The notes: generated by a model from the sequence alone, not told the origin. DNA of 64,000 bases from an uncultured delta proteobacterium (GCA_963845145.1 CAWJQU010000017.1:64001-128000), one strand, 5' to 3'. Shown: positions 20,302 through 30,350, numbered from the stretch's first letter. A program made the numbers and translations.

Positions 20302-21546
20302 CTATAGATTCTCCGCCAGCGCCAGAAGTCTTTTGCTGACACCGAGGTGTAGCTTCGGTTGAATAAAGTCGTGATGATCTTCATCAAATGGAACATAAAC
20401 CAGTAGCGCTTTTTGAGGTGTGATGTTAATCTGATCGAGTTGGGGGAAATAGATCTTGGAAGGTTTGGCAAAACCGGCCAGCACGATTTTAAGCGCCTCG
20501 ACAGCTTCGGTCATGGGGAGATTGGCGGGGATAATATGCCCTTGGGGAAGTGTTTTTTGTTCTTGACCCGTATCGGGTTGCGCCACGGTCATGCGGCGAC
20601 AAAGGGTGATCAACACTTTCGGACGCACTTTAAATGCTGGTACCCAGAAATAAAATGGGCGTTGGGTTTCCTTCTCACTGAATAGGCCGGACAGATTTGC
20701 CACCTGGACAAAATCGGCAATTGATTTAAGTGCTATACCTTCGACATCCGCGCGAATACGCCAAAAGGGAAGGGCTGTTTTATAGGTCCCCATCTTCGTC
20801 AGGTGAACAAATGGAAGCTTGGTAAATCCTCTTTGAGTGGGCTGCCAGGTCGTCTGGCAATTCTTGCACAACAGGACCGATGCATCTTTTTCACCCCCAA
20901 GATCCCAACCGCAGGCCGGACAGATGGCCGGAAGAAAGCGGGCCTCGTTTTCAATCTTTTCTGTTCTATCTAAGGTCGTTGCCAGATCGTCGGGAATGTT
21001 TCGGGTAGCCGGTTGGTTCAGCACGGCATCATATAGTTTGCCAGTAGCATAAAATGGGGCGTACAGCAGACTCACCGTATCGCCGACATAACTCTGGTGG
21101 TGGATCGGTTTGGGTAAAAAGCGGGTCAGGGATTTTCTGAAAAGATCCACCACATCCTTATAGGCTACTTCCGGGGAGATAAAGCGCCCTTGGGATTTTT
21201 TGGTGGCAAATGCAAGTTTACCGACTTGTGGCCTCAACCCGGCTGATACGGGGAAATGGTTGCTCCTAACGGCTTGTTGGCTGGCATCCACAAAACGATG
21301 CTCTATGCGGTCATCGGCCACGCAGGAAAAAAGCATCCCTTTAAAACGCCAGTAAGGAAAATAAATTATTTCGTGGTCTTGAATTGACCCATGAGGCAAA
21401 AGATAGCGAAAATAAACGGGCGGGACCAGATAGGATTTGACCCGGCAATATTGGCAGGAAACAATCCGGTCGGTCTCCGCCAATTCAGCCGGGCCACCGC
21501 ACTGGGGACAGTGATATTCAATGGATAGATTAATATTTTTCTCCAC
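20302..21546 (-). CDS. Zinc-ribbon hypothetical protein (YdjG-like partner of an SPFH protein)
   Basis: CPQCG...CQYC and CPACG...CKNC ribbons, repeated PYWRF/PFWRI; overlaps the SPFH gene end. Confidence 0.7.
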   Translation of the reverse strand: MEKNINLSIEYHCPQCGGPAELAETDRIVSCQYCRVKSYLVPPVYFRYLLPHGSIQDHEIIYFPYWRFKGMLFSCVADDRIEHRFVDASQQAVRSNHFPVSAGLRPQVGKLAFATKKSQGRFISPEVAYKDVVDLFRKSLTRFLPKPIHHQSYVGDTVSLLYAPFYATGKLYDAVLNQPATRNIPDDLATTLDRTEKIENEARFLPAICPACGWDLGGEKDASVLLCKNCQTTWQPTQRGFTKLPFVHLTKMGTYKTALPFWRIRADVEGIALKSIADFVQVANLSGLFSEKETQRPFYFWVPAFKVRPKVLITLCRRMTVAQPDTGQEQKTLPQGHIIPANLPMTEAVEALKIVLAGFAKPSKIYFPQLDQINITPQKALLVYVPFDEDHHDFIQPKLHLGVSKRLLALAENL

Positions 21547-22663
21547 ACTGGTTGCAGAAGACGGCGTCGTCTAAGTTCTCGGTGCCGCAATGCGGGCACT
21601 TCTTTTCCTTGGACTTTTCTATCACCTGGTGGCCGCACCGCGAGCAGAACTTTGCGTGGGGCGCGAGGTTTTTACTGCAGCTTTCGCATTGCTGAAAAAC
21701 AAGGAGTTGGTGACCGCAATGGGGGCAGAATTTGGAATCAACAGCAATATCCTGATGACACTCCGGACAGGCCGGCGTCGGCGAACCGGCAACAGGTGTT
21801 GCGGACGGCGCACCTTGTTTGGTAAAATATTGGGAAAACATGGCCGGCATCATTAAGCCCAACCCGGTACCCATACCCGCTGCCGCACCACCTTCTCCAT
21901 CGGATGCTTTTTCAATGGCCATTGCTGCTTTCATCTGGGTGAGTTTATCCAGATCCTGGAAGACTTCCATACGGCTTCTATCATCGATGGCCGACTGGAC
22001 TTCCGGTGGTGGGGTAATGGCATTAATATAAATATTTTGTAAAGCCAGGCCAAAATGACCAAAATCTTTTGCAAGTCTTTCGGAAAGGCGATTGGAGAAC
22101 TCCTCGTATTTGGCAGGTAGATTGAAGATGGTATCAATCGTTTCACCCATAAAATCGTTGAAGCGGGATACGATGACACGATTTAAATACTCCTCGATGG
22201 ATTCGGTTGTGAAGATACCCTGGGTCCCTACCAGGCTGTTGATAAACAGCACGGGTTGAACCACCTGAAAATTAAATATGCCGAAGGCACGCAGGCGGAT
22301 GAGCCCCAACTCACTATCCCTGAACGCCACCGGATCCCGGGTCCCCCATTTGAGATTGGTGAAAATTTTCATGTTCACCATATAGACTTCCGCCCTCAAA
22401 GGGCTGGTCATTCCCCAAGGTAAGGAGACGATCTTGGTTAATATCGGAATATTGGCCGTTTTCAGCGTATGACGGCCTGGGCCAAAAGCCTCTACCGCCT
22501 TACCTTTGTAGAAAAAAACGCCGGCCTGGCTTTCACGAACCGTCAGTTGGGCGCCCCATTTGATTTCGCCGGAGCCCTGTTCGGGGATACGATGGACGAG
22601 TTCCTTGCCGGTATCATCGAACCATTCGATAACTTCCAGAAAAACGAGATTGTTGGTTCCCAT
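21530..22663 (-). CDS. SPFH (band 7) domain protein with C-terminal zinc ribbons (YdjI-like)
   Basis: EVIEW, QLTVRESQ, FGPGRHTL.T.NIP.L, KWGT.DP, LRAFG; six CxxC pairs at the C-terminus. Confidence 0.88.
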   Translation of the reverse strand: MGTNNLVFLEVIEWFDDTGKELVHRIPEQGSGEIKWGAQLTVRESQAGVFFYKGKAVEAFGPGRHTLKTANIPILTKIVSLPWGMTSPLRAEVYMVNMKIFTNLKWGTRDPVAFRDSELGLIRLRAFGIFNFQVVQPVLFINSLVGTQGIFTTESIEEYLNRVIVSRFNDFMGETIDTIFNLPAKYEEFSNRLSERLAKDFGHFGLALQNIYINAITPPPEVQSAIDDRSRMEVFQDLDKLTQMKAAMAIEKASDGEGGAAAGMGTGLGLMMPAMFSQYFTKQGAPSATPVAGSPTPACPECHQDIAVDSKFCPHCGHQLLVFQQCESCSKNLAPHAKFCSRCGHQVIEKSKEKKCPHCGTENLDDAVFCNQCGEKY

Positions 22664-22733
22664 GGATGGTTCCTTTCTTTTTGAAATATTAGTCAGTCAC
22701 AGAAAAAAAGGGGCGCCCGCGCTTTACACCCTG

Positions 22734-22774
22734 TCGATTTCGGCCCTATCGATTTCGGCCCCTATCGATTTCGG
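22734..22774. repeat. Tandem repeat TCGATTTCGGCCCTA x2.7 spanning the PocR-gene stop
   Basis: Units at 22734-22748, 22749-22764 (one extra C) and 22765-22774 (partial). Confidence 0.85.
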
Positions 22775-23270
22775 TGTGGCACCCCATCTGGGTAATCTCC
22801 GCGATAATGGCGTTTTTTACCCTTTCAACTTTTTCCGGGTCTATGACGGGAATATTCGCAGCCAGGTTTTCAATGGTGTCTGCTTCTATGTCAGTGGTTT
22901 TATTAATCATGAAATCGTCGACTTCACCGCCTTCCAGCAGACCACCGCAAGCACCGAAGGCGCCGATAAACGCATTGTCAAAAAATATGGGTACGACCAT
23001 TTTCATCAGTCCGGCATCACACTCCTCAATCACCGGGCGACCCGTATTTTTGGCGATGGTGGCCAAATTCATGTGGGCCACAGCACAAATGAAACTTTGG
23101 CCGCGGTCCGTATCCTTTATGGCTGGACATAGCCGGTTGGCCCATTGTTTAAAGTTTGAAATCCGCCGACCGTTCGTGTCGAAAACATTGGCATCGAGCC
23201 CGGATTGATCGACGATTTTACGCTCGATCGCCACCCACTCTTTCAAAGGTTTAATATCGGTTAATTTCAT
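22746..23270 (-). CDS. Stand-alone PocR ligand-binding domain protein
   Basis: Three-Cys pattern NRLCPAIK...FICAVAH...EECDAGL..MVVPI; start MKLTDIKPL with GAGGA RBS. Confidence 0.85.
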   Translation of the reverse strand: MKLTDIKPLKEWVAIERKIVDQSGLDANVFDTNGRRISNFKQWANRLCPAIKDTDRGQSFICAVAHMNLATIAKNTGRPVIEECDAGLMKMVVPIFFDNAFIGAFGACGGLLEGGEVDDFMINKTTDIEADTIENLAANIPVIDPEKVERVKNAIIAEITQMGCHTEIDRGRNR

Positions 23271-23524
23271 TGGTTCGTCCTCATTGACCTTTATTGAATA
23301 GATTAGCAATTTTAATGCCATCTATAGTTTATTTAAACAATTGGGCCGATATAATGTCACTCTACTCTATACCATAAATAGTCCCACAAACAAACGCGAT
23401 GTAAGGTTTTGATTGACATCGGTTTCAGCGCTTCGGTATTCTCCCGCTTTGTGGTGTTTATGGTTGATAAACGGATTCATATTACAAGGTTAAATTACAA
23501 TTACATCTAAAAGGAGTGGATTCA

Positions 23525-24103
23525 ATGAGTGCTTTCATCCCTTCGCGGGCACAGGCGTACGAACTACTTTTACAATACAATCAAAACGACGGACTGATTA
23601 AGCACGCTCTGGCCGTGGAAGGGGTGATGCGATATATGGCCCGAAAATACGATGAGGACGAGGAGAAATGGGGTATCATCGGGCTGGTGCACGATCTCGA
23701 TTACGAAAAATTTCCGGACCAGCATTGTCAGAAAACCGAAGAAATTTTAAAAGAAAATAACTGGCCGGCGGACTATATTCGTGCCGTTGTCAGCCATGGA
23801 TGGGGCATTTGCAGCGATGTAAAGCCGGAATCGACTCTTGAAAAAGTCCTTTTTGCCATCGATGAATTAACCGGGTTGGTTACGGCGGCAGCGCTGGTGC
23901 GTCCCTCAAAAAGTGTTCTGGATATGAAAGCCAAATCGGTAAAGAAGAAATGGAAAAACAAGCGTTTCGCAGCGGGTGTGGATCGATCCATTATCGAAAC
24001 CGGGGCCGGCATGCTGGAGATTGAAATTAGTGCGTTGATCACCGACACCATCATGGGCATGCGGGAAGTAGCGGAACCCATCGGGTTGGTCGGTGAGGGA
24101 TGA
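23525..24103 (+). CDS. HD (HDIG) domain phosphohydrolase
   Basis: KHALAVE, GLVHDLDYE, SHGW, DELTGL. Confidence 0.9.
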   Translation: MSAFIPSRAQAYELLLQYNQNDGLIKHALAVEGVMRYMARKYDEDEEKWGIIGLVHDLDYEKFPDQHCQKTEEILKENNWPADYIRAVVSHGWGICSDVKPESTLEKVLFAIDELTGLVTAAALVRPSKSVLDMKAKSVKKKWKNKRFAAGVDRSIIETGAGMLEIEISALITDTIMGMREVAEPIGLVGEG

Positions 24104-24145
24104 CCAAATTATGTCGGATCTCATTTACAAAAGGGCGGCCTGGCT

Positions 24146-24751
24146 TTAATTCTCACCAACCGGAGCCTTCAGCGAATATCCTTTTTTCGCCAGCGACATG
24201 GCCACATCCAGATAATCACTCACTTTTGCCGAGGTGGTGCTGATCAGGTGCTGGAGTATTTCGAGCGCCGGTTTGTAGTTTTCCGCATCGACCAGCTTCC
24301 GCGCCATGACAACCATTTTCACCACCACGGTCTGAACATTTTTGGTCAATTCCGGATGTTCGGCCATCGTATTGGCCAGAAAACCCAGCCATGTCGATAG
24401 TTTTCCCAGGTCGGACAGTTGATCGGCGCCCTCTATCACGGCATCCGTTAAAATATCAAACGCCTCTTTTTTGGTCTCTTTCGGGGCAAGCTGGTAGGCG
24501 GTTTTAATCGACTTGACGGCTTCCAGCCATTGTTGCTGGTTTATATAAGCCTTGCCAAGATACAGATGTGCCTGACTAAAATTCGGGTTCAGTTCGACGG
24601 CTGTTTTAAACTGTTCCGAGGACTCGGCATACTTCTTTTGGTTGAACAGCGCCATCCCAGAGTCAAATGCGTCCTGGGCGCTGTTTTGAGCCTGAATTCC
24701 CGCACATCCCACGATTGTGAACAAAATAAAGATCCCTAAAATCCGTTTCAT
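24146..24751 (-). CDS. TPR-repeat lipoprotein
   Basis: Lipobox-like IVG-C, TPR helices (AVELNPNFSQAHLYLGKAY). Confidence 0.85.
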   Translation of the reverse strand: MKRILGIFILFTIVGCAGIQAQNSAQDAFDSGMALFNQKKYAESSEQFKTAVELNPNFSQAHLYLGKAYINQQQWLEAVKSIKTAYQLAPKETKKEAFDILTDAVIEGADQLSDLGKLSTWLGFLANTMAEHPELTKNVQTVVVKMVVMARKLVDAENYKPALEILQHLISTTSAKVSDYLDVAMSLAKKGYSLKAPVGEN

Positions 24752-24879
24752 CCCTACTCCTCAATTGTCATTTAGATTGTCGTATATTCTACCTCTTTGG
24801 GCATCAGAATCGCAAGGCAATTTTTTTTCTACGCTTGAGCGCCTGTAGATATGGAATCGTTTGGATGGCTATATTTTGG

Positions 24880-25202
24880 CTAAAATGTGCCGTTTAGTTC
24901 CATTGATTTTCTCAATTTGGAAGCAATTTTCAACATTTCGGATGCCACTTTTGAAGCCGTGGCAGGGGAAATAGCACCGGCAAGCCCCACCGCCCACATG
25001 GCCAACGGTAGCCCGCCCCGATTTCCCAGGTTGACAGCGACGGCATGGACGCCAGAAAGGTACTCACCTTGGTCCAAGGCGTAATGTTGTTTACGAACAT
25101 GGCTCAATTCAGCCAGATATTCGATTTCATCAACAATGGATGCCGATGTGTACCGTTTGAGCCCGCAGTCTGTGATTATTTGGGGTACATTCCCAGCAGA
25201 AT
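24880..25202 (-). pseudogene. Truncated IclR-family regulator (C-terminal effector domain only)
   Basis: Frame reads ...IITDCGLKRYTSASIVDEIEYLAELSHVRKQHYALDQGEYLSGVHAVAV...; no HTH and no convincing start; closed by a TGA within the upstream Mo-subunit gene. Confidence 0.75.
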
Positions 25203-27482
25203 CTATTCGGGCCCAAAACAGCCGGAATCAATACTCGTCGCTAACACACTTTCAAGATTGGCTGGGAGCGTATATATTCGCTTCCCAAATGCATTCGCCA
25301 AACCATTCAGAATTGCCGGTGCCGTGGGAATCAATGCGGGTTCGCCAACACCCTTGGCCCCAAAGGGTCCGGATGGTTCCGGGGATTCAATGATGATCGG
25401 AATCACTTCGGGCATATCGGCACAAGTGGGGACGTGGTAGTCTTTCATGGACAGGGTTTTACCCAGTTCAAACTCCTCCATGAGGGCAAACCCCACGCCC
25501 ATGGCGACGCCGCCGCAAATTTGACCGATGACGTTTTCCGGATGGATTGCTTTTCCCACATCATGGGCGGCGACAATTTTTTCCACAAAGACCTCTCCGG
25601 TAAGCACATCCGCAACCACCAGCGATAGCTGACAGGCAAAGGCGTAGGTCGTATACGGAACGCCCTGGCCTTTTTCCGGATCAGGAGGAATGGTTTCAGG
25701 ATCAAAACGGCCCCGAAATATGAGGGGTTCGCCTTTGGTCTGGATTTGTTTTCCCAGGTCGCTAAAAGATACCTGCCGATCAGAACTCGTCAATGCTTTC
25801 ACATACCCAGAATCGAGCATCAGTGAAGACAAAGGCATACCCAGCTGGTTGACCGCTTCGGCCTTCAGTGCATCGGCCAGTTTTTCTGCCGCTGCTTTGA
25901 CTGCGTTGCCGGAAATATAAGTCTGCCGGCTGGCCGATGTGGCGCCGGCATTGGAGGTTAGACCCGTGTCGCCAGCGACTATTTTGAGGGTATCAGGGTC
26001 GATACTCAGAGTCTCAGCGGCGATCTGGGACAGCACGGTTGAAGATCCCTGGCCGATGTCCGCACAACCGGTGAATAGTGTCACGCTTCCATCCGGATCC
26101 ATCTCAATTCTTGCAGTCGAAGGGTTTTTAGTCCCGGTATTGCCGATACCATACCACATGGCCCCGATTCCGATGCCCCTTCGTTTAAACGGCTCCGTTT
26201 TTACCTTCACCCAGTTGTTTTTGGCCTCGTCATAATAGGGCAAAATGGCCTTCAAACAGTCACCAATTCCCACACTAGCGGAAAGTGTTTGTCCTGTAGC
26301 GGTTTCGGACCCGGTCTGAAACGCATTGCGCAGCCTGATCTCCAGGGGATCGATGTCAAGATCCTCTGCGTGCAGATCCATCTGGCTCTCATGGGCAAAG
26401 GCGATCTGGGGCGTGCCAAATCCCCTCATGGCGCCGCAAAAGGGTTTGTTGGTATAAACGCAGTGACTCTTGATGTCGACATTTTCAATTTCATAGGGAC
26501 CGGTGGCATGTACGGCAACCCGGGACACTACTGCAATGCCATACGAGCCATACGCGCCCGTGTCGCAGATAACGGTCGCTTTTAGGGCTTGCAACCGGCC
26601 TCTGGCATCGGTACCGGTTTTCATTGTGATGGTCAACGGATGCCTCTTGGCTGTAGCAATGTATGCCTCTTCCCGGCTGTAAACACAGCGTACCGGCCGT
26701 TTCAGGTGATAGAGGGCCAAGCCGATAAACCCCTGTACGTTCAGATCCAGTTTGGAACCAAATCCCCCGCCGGTGGCGGCCTGGATGATTCGTACGTCAT
26801 CATTCTCAACACCCAGAAGCGACACCACCTCTTTGTGATCGTAGTGGGGGTTTTGGGTGGATGCATAGATCACCAGCGTTCCGTCCTCGTCCACGAATCC
26901 GGCTCCGGCATCAGGCTCTAAGTAGTTGTGCTCGATCGTCGAAGTCTGGTAGTTCTTTTCGATGACACTGGTGCAGTGTTCAAAGGCTGTATCCGGGTCT
27001 CCTTTGCGCACGTTACGGGTCAACAACAAATTTCCCCTGGTGTGAATGCGTGGGGCTTTTTCTTCCATGGCTTCCCGGGGATCAAACACGGCGGGCAGAT
27101 CTCGATATGCCACCTCAATCGCAGCCAATGCCATATGGGCCGCATCTTCGGTTTCGGCTGCCACCAAGGCAACCGGATCAGAAATGGATCGTACTTTATC
27201 GGGTACCAAAAGCGGTTGGTCCCTGTTGATAATTCCCATTAAGTTTTTTCCTGGGATATCAGCCGCGGTAAATACCCGCACGACACCTTCAATTTCCTGC
27301 GCTTTTTCTATATTTATGGATACGATTTCAGCATGATCCCTGTTACTTCGAAGCACTTTTAGTACCAGCGGATGGTCCAGTTCAATATCCGCACTGAACT
27401 GTGCTTTGCCGGTAAGCCGCGAAACAGCCCCTATTCGTCTAATATTTTTCCCGATGGCTCGGTAGTTGTTTTTCATTTTCAC
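25203..27482 (-). CDS. Nicotinate dehydrogenase-like molybdopterin subunit (NdhL+NdhM fused; xanthine oxidase family)
   Basis: STQNPHYD, ATGGGFGSKLD, GAMRGFG.PQ, RGIGIGAMWYGIGNTG, GATSASRQT, GAKGVGEPALIP match Eubacterium barkeri NdhL/NdhM as recalled; divergent from ena/hnr. Confidence 0.85.
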   Translation of the reverse strand: MKMKNNYRAIGKNIRRIGAVSRLTGKAQFSADIELDHPLVLKVLRSNRDHAEIVSINIEKAQEIEGVVRVFTAADIPGKNLMGIINRDQPLLVPDKVRSISDPVALVAAETEDAAHMALAAIEVAYRDLPAVFDPREAMEEKAPRIHTRGNLLLTRNVRKGDPDTAFEHCTSVIEKNYQTSTIEHNYLEPDAGAGFVDEDGTLVIYASTQNPHYDHKEVVSLLGVENDDVRIIQAATGGGFGSKLDLNVQGFIGLALYHLKRPVRCVYSREEAYIATAKRHPLTITMKTGTDARGRLQALKATVICDTGAYGSYGIAVVSRVAVHATGPYEIENVDIKSHCVYTNKPFCGAMRGFGTPQIAFAHESQMDLHAEDLDIDPLEIRLRNAFQTGSETATGQTLSASVGIGDCLKAILPYYDEAKNNWVKVKTEPFKRRGIGIGAMWYGIGNTGTKNPSTARIEMDPDGSVTLFTGCADIGQGSSTVLSQIAAETLSIDPDTLKIVAGDTGLTSNAGATSASRQTYISGNAVKAAAEKLADALKAEAVNQLGMPLSSLMLDSGYVKALTSSDRQVSFSDLGKQIQTKGEPLIFRGRFDPETIPPDPEKGQGVPYTTYAFACQLSLVVADVLTGEVFVEKIVAAHDVGKAIHPENVIGQICGGVAMGVGFALMEEFELGKTLSMKDYHVPTCADMPEVIPIIIESPEPSGPFGAKGVGEPALIPTAPAILNGLANAFGKRIYTLPANLESVLATSIDSGCFGPE

Positions 27483-28333
27483 ACCAATGGATATAGAATT
27501 CTGCAGAAAAGTCCCTGGATGGCGGGCTCTTTATACACCGCCGATGCTCTTCTTCCGGTGACCGCGAACATCTTTTCGGTTAACAGGCGCCCAGCCTCCC
27601 AAATTAATGTTTCGGTGGGTTTTTTGTCCATAAAAAACGCTTCCACCTCATCCATGCGTTGGGGGGTTGGCGTACATGAGCCCAGTGAAAATCTAAAAAA
27701 GGTAATCTTACCCTGGGAATCTTTGCGTGCCATGGCGGCCATACTAATCCTGGCAATGGCCAGCGCCCTTCTTCGCCCAATTTTTTGAAAGTCGGCAAAA
27801 TCGATCTTTTCTACCGGCTTAAGGAGAAACCCCAGGAGAATTTCATCCGACGGTAGGGCACAGGCATAGGGCCCTGAGGCGACAGCTTCAATGGGTAGCT
27901 CGCGTTGACCGGATCTATTTACCAAAACCGCCCGGGCCTCGTGAATGACCAGAGGCGGGATCGTATCACCACATGGAGAGCAATGGGCCACATTGCCACC
28001 GATGGTCGCCACATTACGGATTTGTTTGCTGGCAAATGAAACCGCGCATTTTTTAAGGGCGGGGGCATGACGGCTCAGAATTTGAGAGTCGTTTATTTCC
28101 GACAGGGTCACACCGGCACCCACCCAAAGGTCCTCATTTTTAATCTCGATACCTTTAAGGGCGTTCAAGCGGCTGACATCCAGGAGATATTTTTTGTTAA
28201 GCTGGCCGGATTTCAGGTCCACCACCACATCCGTTCCACCTGCCACGATTTTCGTCGTTTCCCTGTGTTTTTCCAGGAAATGGAGGGCCTCATCCAATGA
28301 GTCCGGCCGGATATATTCAATGTTGAACATCAC
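27479..28333 (-). CDS. ndhF: Molybdenum hydroxylase FAD-binding subunit (NdhF-like)
   Basis: AGGTD, QIRNVATIGGN, KIGRRRALAI. Confidence 0.8.
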   Translation of the reverse strand: MMFNIEYIRPDSLDEALHFLEKHRETTKIVAGGTDVVVDLKSGQLNKKYLLDVSRLNALKGIEIKNEDLWVGAGVTLSEINDSQILSRHAPALKKCAVSFASKQIRNVATIGGNVAHCSPCGDTIPPLVIHEARAVLVNRSGQRELPIEAVASGPYACALPSDEILLGFLLKPVEKIDFADFQKIGRRRALAIARISMAAMARKDSQGKITFFRFSLGSCTPTPQRMDEVEAFFMDKKPTETLIWEAGRLLTEKMFAVTGRRASAVYKEPAIQGLFCRILYPLV

Positions 28334-28827
28334 TCAATTCCTTTGGCCCCGGTGGATCCAGGCTTGGCAGCATCTTCAATGGCGGAAAATATCTGCTGAT
28401 AACCGGTGCACCGGCACAGGTTACCGGCGACGGCCCGGACGATCTCTCCCCGGTCCGGTTCAGGGTTTTCCCCAAGCAGCGCTTTGGTGCTCATTAACAG
28501 CCCAGGCGTACAGAATCCGCACTGGACGGCATGGTTTTCCAGAAAAGCCTCCTGGATCGGGTGCAGGGTCCCCGCCTCTTCAAGCCCCTCTACCGTCCAG
28601 GCCTCCCTTCCGTCCAGCTGGGCCGCCAGCATCAGGCAGGCGTTGACCGCCTTTCCATCTACTTCAATGGTGCAAGCCCCACACTCACCAATACCGCAGC
28701 CTTCCTTAGTGCCTTTCAATTTCAGAATATCCCGAAAAAGCGCAAGCGCCGTTATGCCGGCGGGTATTTGAAGCGTCTGGGGGTAACCATTGAGGGTAAA
28801 ACTTATAGAATACTTTTCAGATTTCAT
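28330..28827 (-). CDS. ndhS: Molybdenum hydroxylase 2x[2Fe-2S] subunit (NdhS-like)
   Basis: GTKEGCGIGECGACT..C, QCGFCTPG, GNLCRCTGY. Confidence 0.85.
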   Translation of the reverse strand: MKSEKYSISFTLNGYPQTLQIPAGITALALFRDILKLKGTKEGCGIGECGACTIEVDGKAVNACLMLAAQLDGREAWTVEGLEEAGTLHPIQEAFLENHAVQCGFCTPGLLMSTKALLGENPEPDRGEIVRAVAGNLCRCTGYQQIFSAIEDAAKPGSTGAKGIE

Positions 28828-28948
28828 CTTTTTAGATTCCGCATAGATTCCGCCTGTTCAATAAACCAATTAATCAGCCAACCGTAAGAAGGCTCAAGGT
28901 CCAGAGAACCAAATTTTTTTTCATAGCTGAATTACGTTCACTATTCGA

Positions 28949-28986
28949 TTGACAAGAATACTCAAATTGTCTATTGTCGTCAATAG
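28949..28986 (+). promoter_or_regulatory. Sigma70 promoter of the ena operon overlapped by a GntR-type operator
   Basis: TTGACA (28949-28954), 17 nt, TATTGT (28972-28977); near-perfect palindrome CTATTGTCGTCAATAG (28971-28986). Confidence 0.7.
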
Positions 28987-29140
28987 TTAATTAATATCTG
29001 CAACTAAAACGCTCCCTTGTTTAACTGTCCACATTTGCATCCTTACCAGTCTGGAAAACTTAGGACTGTTCCGATGCCATTAAGAACAGGGGAGGCCGAC
29101 CGATTGATTCACCGAATTTTATAAGAAAAGGAGGTTAGCG

Positions 29141-30301
29141 ATGACCACTTGGCTGATTCAAAATGTGGGTTTGATGCTCTCCGGCGATGTCCAACAACCC
29201 ATCCTCAAAGCAGACAGCCTGTTGGTCGATGAAGGCAAGATCACTGAAATCGGATACTCTCTCACGGCCCCCGATGGTGCCAAGATAATCGATGCCGGTG
29301 GTGGCGCTATATGCCCAGGGCTGATAGACTCTCATTGCCATGTGGTTTTAGGTGATTACAGCCCCCGGCAGCAGATGAATAATTTCCTTGACTCCATGCT
29401 CCACGGCGGTGTGACCACAGCTATCTCCGCCGGGGAAGTTCACCTGGCAGGTCGCCCCAAAGATGCGGTGGGCGCGAAGGTCCTGGCGATTCTGGCCGCT
29501 AAATCCTGGGCCAACTTCCGGCCCGGGGGGATGAAAGTCATCGGTGGCGCCGTGATACTTGAAAAAGGCCTGACCGAAGCCGATTTCGATGAAATGGCGG
29601 CCCAGGGCGTCCAGGTGGTTGGCGAGATCGGATTGGGATCGGTAAAGGATCCGGACGAAGCCGCCATGATGTGTCGCTGGGCCAAAGACCGAAACATGGT
29701 GGTGATGATGCACTCCGGGGGCACTTCGATTCCCGGTTCATCGGTTGTGGGTGCCGATGCCATCTTGACCGTTAAGCCTAGTGTCGTTTCACATATAAAT
29801 GGTGGCCCTACTGCCATGGGCTTCGAAGAAGCAAAGCAAGTGGTGGCGCAAACCGATGCGGCCATCGAGATCGTGCAATGCGGTAACGTGAAGCGGGCCG
29901 TTGAAGTGACCGAGCTTATGAAGGCCCGTGATGAGACTCATCGCCTGGTGCTGGGAAATGATGCCCCATCGGGTACCGGAGTGGTTACCCTGGGCATACT
30001 GAGAAACATCTCCTGGCTGGCATCTTTAGGCAATCTGGATCCAGCGATAGCGGTCTGTGCGGCTACCGGTAACACCGCCCGCTACTACGGGCTTAACCGT
30101 GGTCGGATCGCAGAAGGATTAGAGGCCGACATCGTCTTTCTGGACACGCCCATGGGTTCGGCCGGAACGGATCTACTCTCATCATTGGTAGAAGGCGATA
30201 CGCCCGGCATCTCAATGGTCATGGTGGACGGTGCGGTCGTTGTGGCCAAAAGCCGTAACACGCCTCCACCGGTTAGAGCAGCAAATGTAGTTTCGTCATA
30301 A
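29141..30301 (+). CDS. ena: Enamidase (amidohydrolase of nicotinate catabolism)
   Basis: DSHCH, GDYSPRQ, GRPKDA.G.K.LAI, GGAVILEKGLTE.DF, HSGGTSIPGSS, SHINGGPTA, GNDAPSGTG, KSRNTPP: closely resembles E. barkeri enamidase as recalled. Confidence 0.92.
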   Translation: MTTWLIQNVGLMLSGDVQQPILKADSLLVDEGKITEIGYSLTAPDGAKIIDAGGGAICPGLIDSHCHVVLGDYSPRQQMNNFLDSMLHGGVTTAISAGEVHLAGRPKDAVGAKVLAILAAKSWANFRPGGMKVIGGAVILEKGLTEADFDEMAAQGVQVVGEIGLGSVKDPDEAAMMCRWAKDRNMVVMMHSGGTSIPGSSVVGADAILTVKPSVVSHINGGPTAMGFEEAKQVVAQTDAAIEIVQCGNVKRAVEVTELMKARDETHRLVLGNDAPSGTGVVTLGILRNISWLASLGNLDPAIAVCAATGNTARYYGLNRGRIAEGLEADIVFLDTPMGSAGTDLLSSLVEGDTPGISMVMVDGAVVVAKSRNTPPPVRAANVVSS

Positions 30302-30350
30302 AAGGACTCTATCTGCCTAGAGTAGTCTTAAATATTTAAGGAGCCGACCG

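Noticed and set aside
22734..22774. CRISPR-like repeat
   Set aside because: 15-bp units with no spacers and no cas genes.
25203..28827. Xanthine dehydrogenase, CO dehydrogenase or 4-hydroxybenzoyl-CoA reductase call
   Set aside because: No AYxCSFR CODH motif; NdhL/M-like motifs and the neighbouring ena/hnr favour nicotinate dehydrogenase.
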